A stretch of 64,000 bases of DNA from an uncultured Clostridia bacterium. Its GTDB lineage: Bacteria > Bacillota > Clostridia > TANB77 > CAG-508. The stretch's first letter is position 1. Every line of letters starts with the position of its first letter. Location of the stretch: assembly GCA_944386165.1 (NCBI GenBank), contig CALXAA010000005.1, forward strand, positions 3,328 to 67,327, in the 5' to 3' direction. Below the pieces are notes generated by a model that made no database searches, was not told the origin of the DNA, and saw nothing but the letters and a program-made list of their open reading frames with translations. This document shows positions 30,001 through 40,619 of the stretch, piece after piece. The position numbers and the translations under genes are program-made.

Positions 30001-33000
30001 TAAATGTCTATATCTTTTCCCTTTACTTCCATATATCTTGATTCTGCATCTGTTTTTGCTTTTACAATTTCAAATTCTCTTGAAACATTTTCTATATTTT
30101 TATATTTTTCTATATTTTTTTGTGCTAGTTCTTTAGTGTATTCCACTGATAAAATTAAATCAACATAGCCCTTTGATTTAGGTGGAATTTTAATTGTATT
30201 TTTTATTGCTACTATTCCTTCTGTTACAAGTCCTATTTTTTTAGATAATGGTGTTGAATTTTTTATTGCATTTGGAACACTTAAATTATTTCTTCCAATA
30301 AATTTTTCTTTATTTATTTCATATTCTGTTTCTCCTATTTTTTCTGCATTTGTCTGCATTTTTGCAATTAAATACAATCCTTTTTGATTTGTTTCTCTTT
30401 GGTTTCTTTTTATAATCATTTCATCTTCTGTTTCATTATAGCTAAAAAGTAAAAATAGATTGTTAAAAGCTGTGTGTGCATAATCTTGTTCTTTTTTTGA
30501 TAGTACTGGTTCAAAATAACTTGTAACTTCAAAAATTTTGTCTTCACCAGATAAATTTTGTATTTGTAATCTTCTTATTTCTACTGGTTCATTTGCATCT
30601 GCTATTATAGAAAATTTGGTTTTTAAATCTTCATTTTCTTTTTGAAATTCGTTTCTATCTGGCATGAAGCTAATTGTAAATTTATCGCAATTTTCTTCTC
30701 CTGTAACATATTCTATTTTGTTTGATTTTATATCTTTTAAACACATGAAAATACCTTGACTATAATCATCTGTTATTTTAAATCTATTTATATAATTATC
30801 TTCAAATTTACTAACTCCTTCTCCTTTTTGATTTATTCCTATAACATATTTTTCATTTCCTATAATATTTCCTCTTATTATTCTTTCATCAATCTTTGTA
30901 TATTGTCTTACACTATAATTTTCATAATCTTGATATTTTATTTTTTCTGGTTTTTGTTTATTTTCTTTAGTAACTATAAATGTTTCTGGCATTCTTTCTT
31001 GTAACAAAATACTTACAGCTTCTATTTCTGGATTTTGCATAAATCTTTTTTGAAATATTTGATTATTAAAGAAATTGTTTATTGAAAGCAATATTAGTGC
31101 TTGATGATGTGCCATATAAGTTTTTACAGGTTCAGAAGTTTGTCCTTTGGCTAATCTTTCTGGTGTATAATCAATTGATTCGAAAAAGCCATATTTACTT
31201 TTCATTCCTTGTTTTTCTAATTCTTTTATATTTTTTACAACTTCTTCTGAAACATCTGAAAGTGCAAGTATACTTCCATAACTTGAAACAACCATTTCAT
31301 CTTCTAAGCCTCTTTTTAGACCAAGCCATGGAATTCCAAATGCTTTATATTGGTAGTTTGAATGTAAATCTTTTAAATTAAATGCTGCTTCTGACATTCC
31401 CCAAGGTATTCCTAGTTTTTGACTATATTCTATTTGGTTCATTATTGCAAATTTACTTGATTCATCAAGTAAACTTCCATTATATCTTTTGATATTAATA
31501 TTTGGCATTAAATATTCAAAAGATGTTCCAGACCATGATACTAGTCCTTTATATTTTTTTAATACTGTTAATGTTCTACTTAAATTGTTCCAATGTTTTG
31601 GTGATACATCTTTTTTAGCTATTGCAACTAAACTTGCTTGTCTTGCTTCTGATGCTAATAAATCATAATATGAATCTGTTAATTTATTTTCTTCTACATT
31701 AAATCCTATTGAAAATACTCTTTGTTCTTCACTATATAAAATTTTAAAATCTGTTTCTTCTATCATTTTATCTAATTTTTCTATTAAATCATTTAGTTCT
31801 TGTTTATCTTTATTTTTATCTAAAATATCTTGTAAAAATGTTTTGGTTGTATACATATATCCTACTAAATTACCACTATCAACTGTTGATACATATCTTG
31901 GATATAATGGTTCTTTTGTTTTTATATTATACCAATTATATAAATGCCCATTCCATTTTGGAAGATTATATACACAATTTATAATTTTTTCTAATAAATT
32001 TAGTGTATCTTCTAAATTTTCAAATTTTAAGTCATAACTTGATATAACTGCTAAAAGTGAAAGTCCAATATTTGTTGATGAAGTTCTTGATACTACAATT
32101 GGTTTTCTGTCTTGTTGATAATTATCTGGCATTAAATAATTATTTTCTTTTGTTAAATAATCTTTAAAAAATTGCCAAGTTAATTTTGCAATATCTATCA
32201 AATATTTTTTATCTTCTTCATTTATAGCCATTTCTTTATTTTCATGTATTTGACTTATCTTAAACATTATATAAGGTACTATTATCCACAAAATTCCAAC
32301 AATTGTTAATAAAATATTTTGTTTAAAAACTGCAAGTATTATTGATAAAATTCCTATTATTACATTTATAAACATTGTTTTATAATATGTTGATATATCT
32401 GTTTTTGATTGTTTCTCCGCTTCTTCTGATGTCATCCATTCTAATAGATGTTTATGTGATATTTTTAATCTATAAATTGTTTTTACAATTGAAACAATTG
32501 ATATATATGCTTTATATGGTAAACAGCCTAAAGTTAGCACTGCTCTTATAATGGCTCCTTTAAAACCATCTATTTGTGGATTAAATGTTTGTTGTTTTTT
32601 CTCTCCTTCTTTAATTGAAAATGCTCTTGAAAAAATGTCTAGTAAAAATGGATAAATTACAATTCCAAGACCTAAATATATTAATAATTTTGAATTATTT
32701 AAAAATACTAAACTCCAAATTAGTAATATCATTATTGAGATTTCAAATAAACTTCTTCGTAAATTATCTAATATTTTAAATTTTGATATAGTATTTAATT
32801 TACTTTTAAGCCAACTTTTTATCTGCCAATCTCCTCTAATCCAGCGAGATAATCTATTCATAAAGCTTAAATATTTTGCTGGATATCCATCTATTAACAT
32901 TATATCTGTTGCAAGTCCACATCTTAAGTAACATCCTTCTAATAAATCATGACTTAAAACTGTGTTTTCTGGTATTTCATCTTTTAATACTTTTGAAAAT

Positions 33001-35138
33001 ATTTCTACATCATAAATTCCTTTTCCTGTAAAAATTCCTTCTTCAAAATTATCTTGATATAAATCTGAAATTGCATTAGTATAACTATCTATTCCTCCTG
33101 AACCTGCAAATATTTTGGTAAATAAGTTTTTATTACTATTGTCCAAATTTATTCCAATACGTGGTTGAATAAGAGCATGTCCTTTAACTACTATGTTTTT
33201 ATTTTCATCTAGTTCTGGCTTGTTTAAAATATGTGACATAGTTCCAATTAAATCAAATGCAGTATTTAGTGTAAGTTCTGTATCTGCATCTAATGTTATA
33301 ACATATTTTATTTTTGGTAATGTATCTTGATTTATTGTATTTACTCTAAATTTATTTTTTTCATGTTTTAAAATATATTCATTAAATTGAGTAAGCATCC
33401 CTCTCTTTCGTTCCCAGCCTAAATATTTTTCTTCTGAATTGTTAAATTCTCTTTCTCTATATATAAAGTGAAAAATTGGAAAATTATTATTTGATATATA
33501 TTTTTTATTTAATTTTTGTACTTGTTTTAAACCTTCTTCAATTACTTCTTTATCAAATTTTTCTTCTTTTTGGTCACTTTCAGAACAATCTCCTAATAAT
33601 GTAAAATATAAATTGGGTGATTGATTTGCAAGGTAAAATACTTCTAATTTTTTAAATAATTCTTTTACCTTTTCTTTTGATTTTATTATTGTTGGTATAA
33701 CTACAAAAGTAGAATTTTCACTATCTATTCCTTTTAGTAAGTCCATTTTTGGAAGGGATTTTGATTTAACATTTTTTCCTAATATATATTGGATTGTTTG
33801 AATAACAAATTCTGATACTGGTATTATTAAAAAGATAATTGTTAAAATGTATTTTATTAAATTGTTTTCACTTACAGCTGATGCTAAAAAAAGTGAGATT
33901 GAAAATGTAAATATTATAATTGATAATATATATATTTGTGCTTTTACTTTTGAATTAAGTTTTCTTTCTTTTATTCCTAGTTTTTGTGCTAGTTCTTTTC
34001 TTCCATCATCAATTAGATAATATCCTATATGTTTTTCCTTTTCTTTTAAATTAGGTCTTTGACATAATTCGATTATTTTTTTGGAAATATATATTTCTGA
34101 TATATTTGTTTTTTGTGCTAGTTCTTTTATACTATTTCTATAAAGTTCTTTTGTTTTGTATTCAATTTTTTCATATATTCCAGCAGGGTCTTGATTTAAA
34201 ATTTCTTCTACTCCATTTATTTTCTCAAATATTTCTAAAAAATTGATTCTTTGAATTCTTTTTATACTTGTTATGCAATTTGCAATTGATATTTTACATA
34301 TTGCTATATCAAAATGTTCTTTTTGAATTGCTTCTTGTACTGTAATTCCTGTTTTTTCAACTTCTTCTTCGAGAATATTTAAATATCCATATGCTTTTCT
34401 TCCATATTTTTTTAATGAATATGACATATATTCTATAAATGGATATTTCATTCCCTTAAATTCATTATTTTTTAGTTTTATTCCAGAGACTTGATTAAAT
34501 TTTAATTCGTTTTTGTCTTTTTTTTCTACTAATCTTTCTATTATATTTTTTACTTTATATTTTTGCATCTGGCTATTGTATATTTTTATACAAATATCTG
34601 CAATATTTTGTATTATTGCTATTTGTAAGAATATTCCTATATTCCAAATTTCATCCATATTTAAGCTTTTCTTAGTTTGATATGCTTGTAAATAAGATTC
34701 TAAACTTTGCCCTGTTATTTTATTATCTGTATATGCTATAATTTCAGAAGCAAGTAAATATATTCTTGCAAATCCAGCATATCTTCCACTTTGTATTCCT
34801 ACAAAATTTGTGTATTTTTTTAGAGTTAATTCTTTTTCTATTTGTTGTACAGCTTCTTCAATTATATAAAAATTATCTAGTATCCATTCACCTGCAGGAT
34901 GAATATTTATTCCAAGACTAATATGTTCATTTAATAAATTATATACATTTTTTATGGTATAATAATTTTCTAATAATTGTGGTATTGGATATGTTATTTT
35001 ATTAGATTTTTTTATTATATTATGTTGCATCGCTATTTTTTCTAAATGTCTTTTTAAATTTCCTTCATCTAACAATGCTCCTTCTAATTTTAAATTCTCA
35101 TAATTTTTCACAAAAAATCCACTCCTTGCATTTTTCAA
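27006..35138 (-). CDS. cyclic beta-1,2-glucan synthase-like protein (membrane GT84 domain + C-terminal GH94 glycan phosphorylase domain), 2710 aa
   Basis: GT motifs ITLDADTELT and LSHDLLEG, then RWIRGDWQ. Multiple TM segments. The C-terminal third has GH94-type GIGDWNDG and GGWTWYTGSSSWY motifs. Confidence 0.8.
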   Translation of the reverse strand: MKNARSGFFVKNYENLKLEGALLDEGNLKRHLEKIAMQHNIIKKSNKITYPIPQLLENYYTIKNVYNLLNEHISLGINIHPAGEWILDNFYIIEEAVQQIEKELTLKKYTNFVGIQSGRYAGFARIYLLASEIIAYTDNKITGQSLESYLQAYQTKKSLNMDEIWNIGIFLQIAIIQNIADICIKIYNSQMQKYKVKNIIERLVEKKDKNELKFNQVSGIKLKNNEFKGMKYPFIEYMSYSLKKYGRKAYGYLNILEEEVEKTGITVQEAIQKEHFDIAICKISIANCITSIKRIQRINFLEIFEKINGVEEILNQDPAGIYEKIEYKTKELYRNSIKELAQKTNISEIYISKKIIELCQRPNLKEKEKHIGYYLIDDGRKELAQKLGIKERKLNSKVKAQIYILSIIIFTFSISLFLASAVSENNLIKYILTIIFLIIPVSEFVIQTIQYILGKNVKSKSLPKMDLLKGIDSENSTFVVIPTIIKSKEKVKELFKKLEVFYLANQSPNLYFTLLGDCSESDQKEEKFDKEVIEEGLKQVQKLNKKYISNNNFPIFHFIYREREFNNSEEKYLGWERKRGMLTQFNEYILKHEKNKFRVNTINQDTLPKIKYVITLDADTELTLNTAFDLIGTMSHILNKPELDENKNIVVKGHALIQPRIGINLDNSNKNLFTKIFAGSGGIDSYTNAISDLYQDNFEEGIFTGKGIYDVEIFSKVLKDEIPENTVLSHDLLEGCYLRCGLATDIMLIDGYPAKYLSFMNRLSRWIRGDWQIKSWLKSKLNTISKFKILDNLRRSLFEISIMILLIWSLVFLNNSKLLIYLGLGIVIYPFLLDIFSRAFSIKEGEKKQQTFNPQIDGFKGAIIRAVLTLGCLPYKAYISIVSIVKTIYRLKISHKHLLEWMTSEEAEKQSKTDISTYYKTMFINVIIGILSIILAVFKQNILLTIVGILWIIVPYIMFKISQIHENKEMAINEEDKKYLIDIAKLTWQFFKDYLTKENNYLMPDNYQQDRKPIVVSRTSSTNIGLSLLAVISSYDLKFENLEDTLNLLEKIINCVYNLPKWNGHLYNWYNIKTKEPLYPRYVSTVDSGNLVGYMYTTKTFLQDILDKNKDKQELNDLIEKLDKMIEETDFKILYSEEQRVFSIGFNVEENKLTDSYYDLLASEARQASLVAIAKKDVSPKHWNNLSRTLTVLKKYKGLVSWSGTSFEYLMPNINIKRYNGSLLDESSKFAIMNQIEYSQKLGIPWGMSEAAFNLKDLHSNYQYKAFGIPWLGLKRGLEDEMVVSSYGSILALSDVSEEVVKNIKELEKQGMKSKYGFFESIDYTPERLAKGQTSEPVKTYMAHHQALILLSINNFFNNQIFQKRFMQNPEIEAVSILLQERMPETFIVTKENKQKPEKIKYQDYENYSVRQYTKIDERIIRGNIIGNEKYVIGINQKGEGVSKFEDNYINRFKITDDYSQGIFMCLKDIKSNKIEYVTGEENCDKFTISFMPDRNEFQKENEDLKTKFSIIADANEPVEIRRLQIQNLSGEDKIFEVTSYFEPVLSKKEQDYAHTAFNNLFLLFSYNETEDEMIIKRNQRETNQKGLYLIAKMQTNAEKIGETEYEINKEKFIGRNNLSVPNAIKNSTPLSKKIGLVTEGIVAIKNTIKIPPKSKGYVDLILSVEYTKELAQKNIEKYKNIENVSREFEIVKAKTDAESRYMEVKGKDIDIYQTIASYILFDNPLKSKKNNQNEEFKQEDLWKYGISGELPIITVTIKYLNDIYVVKQVIKMYEYLRMRNLKMELVIIDEENYSYENYVRNEVEGAVLNSQLAYLKNIFGGIFILSKSEMDSKDVRLIKFVSSLVIDSHLGNLENIIKDMEEDVIDNYRVTELVDLPSIEEDNSNEIDMLANTENLKYYNEYGAFSQDGKEYWIKINKEQKTPTTWSHIMANQNFGTVVTESNGGYTWYRNSRLNRITAWHNSFTINTPTEAIYLKDEESGRIWSPTAMPTPDEKNYNTVFGFGYAKFIHSSDDIIQELEVFVPNEDSAKINILTLKNNAPKKKKIKIYYYIKPVLGEDELKTDGYIKLQYEENSNVIIAKKLYNKDPLNNIIYVSSSEKIKSFTGNKSKFFGKGGITSPDALKCMRLDNDNGIGKKSCIAIELEVQIESFSEKKISIILGAEENKITAKDIAYKYSNIQNCNMELQKVKNKWNEVLGRVQVNTPYESLNITLNGWVMYQTLVSRLLGKTGFYQSGGAYGFRDQLQDTFSSKFIDTNILYNQIIKHSKHQFIEGDVEHWWHDENERGIRTKFSDDLLWLPYAVIKYINFTGDYSILKVKTPYLQGAELSEDEKEKYDKYLQSKIEGTIYEHCKKAIDRACKFGEHGIPKIGIGDWNDGFSNIGPKGKGESVWLGFFLYSILVEFAEYAKNYEINDEIESNMENTKIDIKTDIETAERYIGIANKLKENLNKNAWDGRWYKRAFADNGDVYGSMENEECKIDSIAQSWSVISEAGDSEKQIVAMESLGNHLVDREHGLIKLLDPPFEKSKLEPGYIKAYLPGVRENGGQYTHAAIWAIIAETMLGNGDNAIQWYKMINPIEHTKTKEEANKYKVEPYVISADIYGAQNLVGQGGWTWYTGSSSWYYIAGIEYILGLKVHHNILSIQPCIPHNWDKYSVQYKYGESIYNIKVNNISKSCTGVKRVLINGIESDNRILLDGSGKVFNIDVEM

Positions 35139-35177
35139 CTATTATTTACAATTGTGGAATTTTTTATTCATAATATA

Positions 35178-36023
35178 TTATTGTTTAAATCCTTCTCCAA
35201 GTGCCTCTCTTGCATTTGCAACTACTATAAAACATTTTTCATCTATTTGTTTTGCTATTAGTTTTATTTTTACAATGTCTCCTCTACTTGCAGCACAAAT
35301 TAATACTAGTTTTTCTTCTCCACTATACATTCCTTTTCCATATAGTCCTGTTACTCCTCTTTTTACTTTATTTTCTATTTCTTTAGATATTTGTTCACTC
35401 TTATTTGAAATAATAAATAAAAGTTTTGTATAATAAATTCCTTCAAATACTATATCTATTAATTTTCCATATAAATATATTGCTATTGCTGAATATAAAC
35501 CTATTTCTATATGTTTAAATACTATCACATTAGCTAAAACAATAATTGCATCAATTAATGTTAAATATCTACTTATTGTTATATTAGGTTTATATGATTT
35601 GATTAAATTTGCTATTAGTTCTGTTCCTCCTGTTGATGATCCAACTTTTAATATTATTGCTGTTCCTATTCCTATTATAATTCCTCCATATATTGATGCT
35701 AAAAATCTATCTGTAGTTATTGGTTTAAATTTATCAAAAATATCAATAAATATTGATAAACTAATGGTTCCTATTATTGTTTTTATAAAAAAATTTTTTC
35801 CAATTTTAAATCCGGAAAATATAAACATAGGTATATTTAGTAGAATGTTCATTGTTCCCATTGGAATTTTAAACATGTAATATGTTATTGTTGCAATTCC
35901 TGAAAATCCTCCTGTTGATAATTGGTTTGGTAATAAAAAAGATGCTGTGCCAAATCCTATCATTCCAGCTCCAAGAATTGTGCCTATTATTGATATAATT
36001 GAATTTTTTACATTTTCATTCAT
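35178..36023 (-). CDS. YitT-family membrane protein (DUF2179 C-terminal domain)
   Basis: Five to six TM helices with the GGFSG/GGTE motifs typical of YitT, plus a soluble C-terminal domain. ATG at 36023 preferred over the upstream GTG. Confidence 0.75.
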   Translation of the reverse strand: MNENVKNSIISIIGTILGAGMIGFGTASFLLPNQLSTGGFSGIATITYYMFKIPMGTMNILLNIPMFIFSGFKIGKNFFIKTIIGTISLSIFIDIFDKFKPITTDRFLASIYGGIIIGIGTAIILKVGSSTGGTELIANLIKSYKPNITISRYLTLIDAIIVLANVIVFKHIEIGLYSAIAIYLYGKLIDIVFEGIYYTKLLFIISNKSEQISKEIENKVKRGVTGLYGKGMYSGEEKLVLICAASRGDIVKIKLIAKQIDEKCFIVVANAREALGEGFKQ

Positions 36024-36105
36024 AACAAATTTTCCTCCATTTGCTATATACACAAAAAAACACCATATATTAACATTATTCGTAATATATAGTGTTTTTA
36101 TTCAT

Positions 36106-37452
36106 TTAAATTACTACTTTTACTCCTGTTATAGGATTATAATATTCTGTTGTTTCTTGAGGAGATATTCCTAAAAGACTAGAAAAGTCATAAACAAATT
36201 CTATGTCAGATTCATGTGCTTCTCTGTTCTTTTGTATTACAATTGGTTCAATATTTTCTGTAAAGTCATGAGCTGTCATATCATATGAATTTCCTATTTC
36301 TACATATTTTATAAAAGTATTTTTTGTTGTTTCATCTACATAATCTTCAATTGTAATTTTATAGTTTAATATGTAAAAATTTTGTGTATTTTGATTTGCT
36401 AATACTTTTAAGTTTGATATTTCTTCTTCTATATCTTTTATTTTGTTTTCTACTAATTTTTTCTCAAAGTCTGTTTTGTTTTCTTCTTGCCATTCTACAA
36501 ATATGTCAATGAAATAATTTGCTTCATTTTGATAATTTGTATAATAATAATATGAATCATTTTGCCTTGTTGTTAATGTATATAAATTGTCAATTCCAAT
36601 ATCATCATCTTCATATAAGTCTTCATTTTTTATAAATTTATTATATATAACTATATAATCTGCAAAGTCTTGCATTGGAATATCAATTCTCATGTCATCA
36701 AAAAGAATTATTATATCTGATGTTGTACAATAAACTTCTGTTATTTTACCTCTTAAATATTGTTCCATAACATATGCTAGGTCCTCTTCAATATTTCCAT
36801 AATCATTTACAATCATTTCATATGATAAATTTGTTTCGGCCTTATCTCTTAAAATACTATAATAAGTGGATTTTCTTATAATATCTTTCATAGGAGCATT
36901 TGTTTTAAAAATTTCATTAAATTCAATTTTATTCCCTGTATTTAAATCAAAATTAACTCCTTTTTCAATATCTATAATCTCTGTTTGTTCATCAGTTTTA
37001 CTTGCATCAAATCTTCCCCAACAATATAAATTTAATGAAATTATATTTCCGTAATTCGCAGTACAGCTAGTACTTACAGATAAATTCACAACATCATCTA
37101 TATTAATTTTTTCTTTGTAAGAATTTAGTGTTAATCTTTCAATCTCTTTATTTATATTATCTTGAATTGTTTTGTCTCTTAAACCATCAATTTGAAAATA
37201 TGAAAACTCTATTTTTTCTGTTGAGGCTTGTTTGCTTATTATTTTTAAATCATTTTGATTATATTTTCCTTTTAAGTCTATTCCTTGTTCTTCAACTGTT
37301 TCTGTTGTTATAGGATTTTCTACGTTTTCATTACTTATTTGCTCATCTGCTATATCTATATTTTTATACATAATAAGTAATGATGTTATAATAATACAAA
37401 TTATTGAAAATACAGTAACACAAATTAATTTTATTTTAATAGCTTTCGACAT
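36106..37452 (-). CDS. membrane-anchored hypothetical protein (possibly RsiV/DUF3298-like fold)
   Basis: The MSKAIKIKL start follows an AAGGAGG SD and overlaps the upstream gene by 17 nt. Single TM, then an extracytoplasmic domain. The family call is only a weak recollection. Confidence 0.5.
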   Translation of the reverse strand: MSKAIKIKLICVTVFSIICIIITSLLIMYKNIDIADEQISNENVENPITTETVEEQGIDLKGKYNQNDLKIISKQASTEKIEFSYFQIDGLRDKTIQDNINKEIERLTLNSYKEKINIDDVVNLSVSTSCTANYGNIISLNLYCWGRFDASKTDEQTEIIDIEKGVNFDLNTGNKIEFNEIFKTNAPMKDIIRKSTYYSILRDKAETNLSYEMIVNDYGNIEEDLAYVMEQYLRGKITEVYCTTSDIIILFDDMRIDIPMQDFADYIVIYNKFIKNEDLYEDDDIGIDNLYTLTTRQNDSYYYYTNYQNEANYFIDIFVEWQEENKTDFEKKLVENKIKDIEEEISNLKVLANQNTQNFYILNYKITIEDYVDETTKNTFIKYVEIGNSYDMTAHDFTENIEPIVIQKNREAHESDIEFVYDFSSLLGISPQETTEYYNPITGVKVVI

Positions 37453-38338
37453 ATCCAGCCTCCTTTGCAATACTTTGACCATAACTTGAAATCATTGCAT
37501 TTAATAACTTCCTTACATTACTATCTTCTGGTTCATCTTTTCGAATTATTGCATAATATTCTGTCTGGAGTCCATATAACCCTGTTTTTATATTTTCATA
37601 TGTTGGTTCTATTCCATTTACAGATAAAAGTTTTATTTGTTCTTTATCATATAAAGAAGTATAATAATTATATGAATAACCAATTGCTGTATCTGTATTT
37701 GTATAATCTGTTATAATGTCTGTTAATTGCCACAATTCTACATCTTCCAAGTCTTGCTCTTTCATATTTTTTCCTTGCATAACAAGAGATAACATCCCTT
37801 TTTGACTATCAGATGTACTTGGTCTTTGATATGCTGTAATTTGTGCATCTGCACCACCAACATCTTTCCAATTAGTTATATTTCCTGAATATATGTCTTG
37901 TATTTGAGTTAGAGTTAAATTTTCTACAGGATTTTGTTTATTTACAAAAAATACAAAAGCATCTTTTACAACTGGATATATTTCTAATTCTACACCATTA
38001 TTTAGTGCCAGTTGCGTTTCTTCTTCTGTTGGATATGTTACTAATATTAAATCTGTTTCTGTATTTATTAAATTTTCATATGCTTTTTCTGTTTTTGAAT
38101 GAGTAATATTTACATTATCAATATCTTCTCCTGTAAATGCTGATTTGAATGCTTCTGCTAGTTTTAATGTTGCAATTGAACCATCTACTTTAGGATAGTC
38201 TTCCATATTAAATATTGTGTTTTGTGTATTACTTACGTCCTCTTGTCCAAAATATAAATATGAAACAATACATCCAACAACAACTAATACCATTATTATA
38301 ATTAATAATACATTTATTAGACCATTTTTTTGTTGCAT
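37436..38338 (-). CDS. PstS-family (PBP-like) substrate-binding protein, membrane anchored
   Basis: LTQIQDIYSGNITNWKDVGGADAQITAYQRPSTSDSQ matches the PstS/PBP_like_2 signature region. N-terminal TM anchor. No pstCAB genes adjacent. Confidence 0.7.
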   Translation of the reverse strand: MQQKNGLINVLLIIIMVLVVVGCIVSYLYFGQEDVSNTQNTIFNMEDYPKVDGSIATLKLAEAFKSAFTGEDIDNVNITHSKTEKAYENLINTETDLILVTYPTEEETQLALNNGVELEIYPVVKDAFVFFVNKQNPVENLTLTQIQDIYSGNITNWKDVGGADAQITAYQRPSTSDSQKGMLSLVMQGKNMKEQDLEDVELWQLTDIITDYTNTDTAIGYSYNYYTSLYDKEQIKLLSVNGIEPTYENIKTGLYGLQTEYYAIIRKDEPEDSNVRKLLNAMISSYGQSIAKEAGYVESY

Positions 38339-38388
38339 CTTTTATTATATTCCTTTCTAATATTATTAATTTATCTGAAAAATGAAAT

Positions 38389-39450
38389 TTATGTATGTTC
38401 TTCCAAAAATTCCGGATATGTTTCTAATACCTCTAACTCGAATTTTCCACTTTTAATTTTATCCTCTTGTTTAACAATCAAATCAAGTTCATACATGTCT
38501 TTTAGTTTATTTACATTTTCCCTTTTATGTCCAACAACATTGTTTACATCTTTAGGATTTACTGTAATTTGTACTTTTTTAACTTTTACATTTAATTCTT
38601 TTATTCTTTCTACAATATTGTCATACCACAAACTAGCTTCTACAAGTTGTCTGAATGCAGGATGATATGGCCCAGCAACAACTTCACTCCCTTTTATGGA
38701 TGGATCTGTTATTTCATCTGTATTTTGTAATCCTATTCTTATTACTTCTATTCCCTTTTTCATAAACATTGGAACAATTTCTTTACAAGTTTCAACAGCT
38801 TGTACTACTGTTAATGGTTTATATTTTTCATCAAGATAATCTTTTTCCAATTTTGTATTTTTTATTACTAGAACAGGATAAATTCTAACCATTTTTGGCT
38901 TTAGTTTTATTAATTCTCTTGCTGTATTAATTTCATCTATTTTTGTACTATCTGGAAGTCCAACCATCATTTGATGTCCTAAATTAAATCCATACCATCT
39001 TATTAATTTTGAAGCTTTTTTTACATCTTCAAATGTATGGTTTCTATGACTTTGTCTTAAAACATAATCATTTGCAGACTGAACTCCAAGTTCTATTGTT
39101 TTTACTTTATATTTTTTTAACATTTTTAAAATAGGTTTATTTATATAATCTGGTCTTGTAGAAATTCTTATACTATCTATTTGGTTGTTTTTTATATATT
39201 TGTATGCAGTTTGTAGAAATTCTTCTTGTTTTTCTACATCAATTCCTGTAAAACTTCCACCAAAAAATGCAACTTCTTTTTTTGCTTCTTTATCTTTTAT
39301 ATTATTTAAATAAAAGTTGATAGTATTTTCTATATCTTCTTTTGTTATCATTTTTTGTTGTCCACTTATTGATTTTTGATTACAAAATACACAATCATTT
39401 GGACATCCTAAATGTGGTACAAAAATTGGAATTATATAATGTTTTGTCAT
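38389..39450 (-). CDS. radical SAM protein (ELP3-like family commonly next to rnc in Clostridia)
   Basis: CxxxCxxC cluster motif CPNDCVFCNQ near the N-terminus. TIM-barrel-like core. Confidence 0.75.
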   Translation of the reverse strand: MTKHYIIPIFVPHLGCPNDCVFCNQKSISGQQKMITKEDIENTINFYLNNIKDKEAKKEVAFFGGSFTGIDVEKQEEFLQTAYKYIKNNQIDSIRISTRPDYINKPILKMLKKYKVKTIELGVQSANDYVLRQSHRNHTFEDVKKASKLIRWYGFNLGHQMMVGLPDSTKIDEINTARELIKLKPKMVRIYPVLVIKNTKLEKDYLDEKYKPLTVVQAVETCKEIVPMFMKKGIEVIRIGLQNTDEITDPSIKGSEVVAGPYHPAFRQLVEASLWYDNIVERIKELNVKVKKVQITVNPKDVNNVVGHKRENVNKLKDMYELDLIVKQEDKIKSGKFELEVLETYPEFLEEHT

Positions 39451-39473
39451 TTTATTATTTTACCTTTCTAAAT

Positions 39474-40151
39474 TTAATTATTAGTTTTAAAATTTTCAAG
39501 TGCTTTTCTAGCAGCTTCCATTTCAGCTGCTTTTTTAGATTTACCTTCTCCTATTGCAAGTTTTTTTCCATTCCATTCTACTTTGGCTACAAATGATTTT
39601 TCATGGTCAGGTCCTTTTTCATCTATGATAACATATTTTATTGAAGTATTTCCATGTTCTTGCAATTTTTCTTGTAAAACTGTTTTATAATCTTTTTGAC
39701 CAACATGTTCTGTTGCATTTCTAATTTCTTCTTCTAAATTACTTATTATGAATTTACGTGCTTCTTCTAAGTTGCTGTCTAAATATATTGCTGCTATTAC
39801 AGCTTCAACACTATCTGCTAATATTGCTTTTCTTATTTGTTCTTTTCCTTTTATTTCTGATTTTCCTAAATATAAAAATTCATTAAATCTTAATTTAGTT
39901 GCTATTTTATATAAACTTTCTTCACATACAACAGTTGCTCTTACTTTTGTCATTTCTCCTTCTTTTAGTTTTGGATATTTTTGATAAATATATATACTAG
40001 TTATAAATTCTAATATGCTATCTCCTAAAAATTCTAGTTTTTCATTACTTTCTACTCCTTTTTCATATGCATATGAAGTGTGTGTTAATGCTTTTTTTAG
40101 TAGTTCTTTATCTTTAAATAAGTAACCTATATTTTCTTCTAAACTTTTCAT
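39474..40151 (-). CDS. rnc: ribonuclease III
   Basis: RNase III signature EKLEFLGDSILE, catalytic ADSVEAVIAAIYLD, and a C-terminal dsRBD (GEGKSKKAAEMEAARKAL). Confidence 0.95.
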   Translation of the reverse strand: MKSLEENIGYLFKDKELLKKALTHTSYAYEKGVESNEKLEFLGDSILEFITSIYIYQKYPKLKEGEMTKVRATVVCEESLYKIATKLRFNEFLYLGKSEIKGKEQIRKAILADSVEAVIAAIYLDSNLEEARKFIISNLEEEIRNATEHVGQKDYKTVLQEKLQEHGNTSIKYVIIDEKGPDHEKSFVAKVEWNGKKLAIGEGKSKKAAEMEAARKALENFKTNN

Positions 40152-40254
40152 TTTTTGCCTCTCATTTTTATTTTTTATGTTTATATTTTACTATATCCAA
40201 CCAAAAAATGCAAGAAAAAAGACATGTCATTTTAACATGCCTATATTTTATTTC

Positions 40255-40494
40255 TTATACATTTTCTTTTATGTAGTCAACTACATCTCCTACTGTAACA
40301 ACTTTTTCTGCATCAGCATCTGGAATTTCTATATCAAATTCTTCTTCTAATGCCATAACTAGTTCTACAATGTCTAATGAATCAGCACCTAAATCATCTA
40401 TAAATGATGCTTCCATTGTAACTGATGTATCTGCTACACCTAATTGTTCAACTATTATATTTTTTACTTTTTCAAATATTTCTTCTGAACTCAT
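40255..40494 (-). CDS. acpP: acyl carrier protein
   Basis: Phosphopantetheine attachment motif [13 protein letters not shown]. Start set at MSSEEIFEK behind a GAGGGGG SD. Confidence 0.95.
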   Translation of the reverse strand: MSSEEIFEKVKNIIVEQLGVADTSVTMEASFIDDLGADSLDIVELVMALEEEFDIEIPDADAEKVVTVGDVVDYIKENV

Positions 40495-40619
40495 AACAAG
40501 TTCACCCCCTCTCATTTTTAAATGATCTATTTCATTTAATTTTTCAAATGTGTCTTTAACATTTATATTATATGTTTATTATTTTGTCAAGCATATTTGA
40601 TATTTTTTTTATTTTTGTA

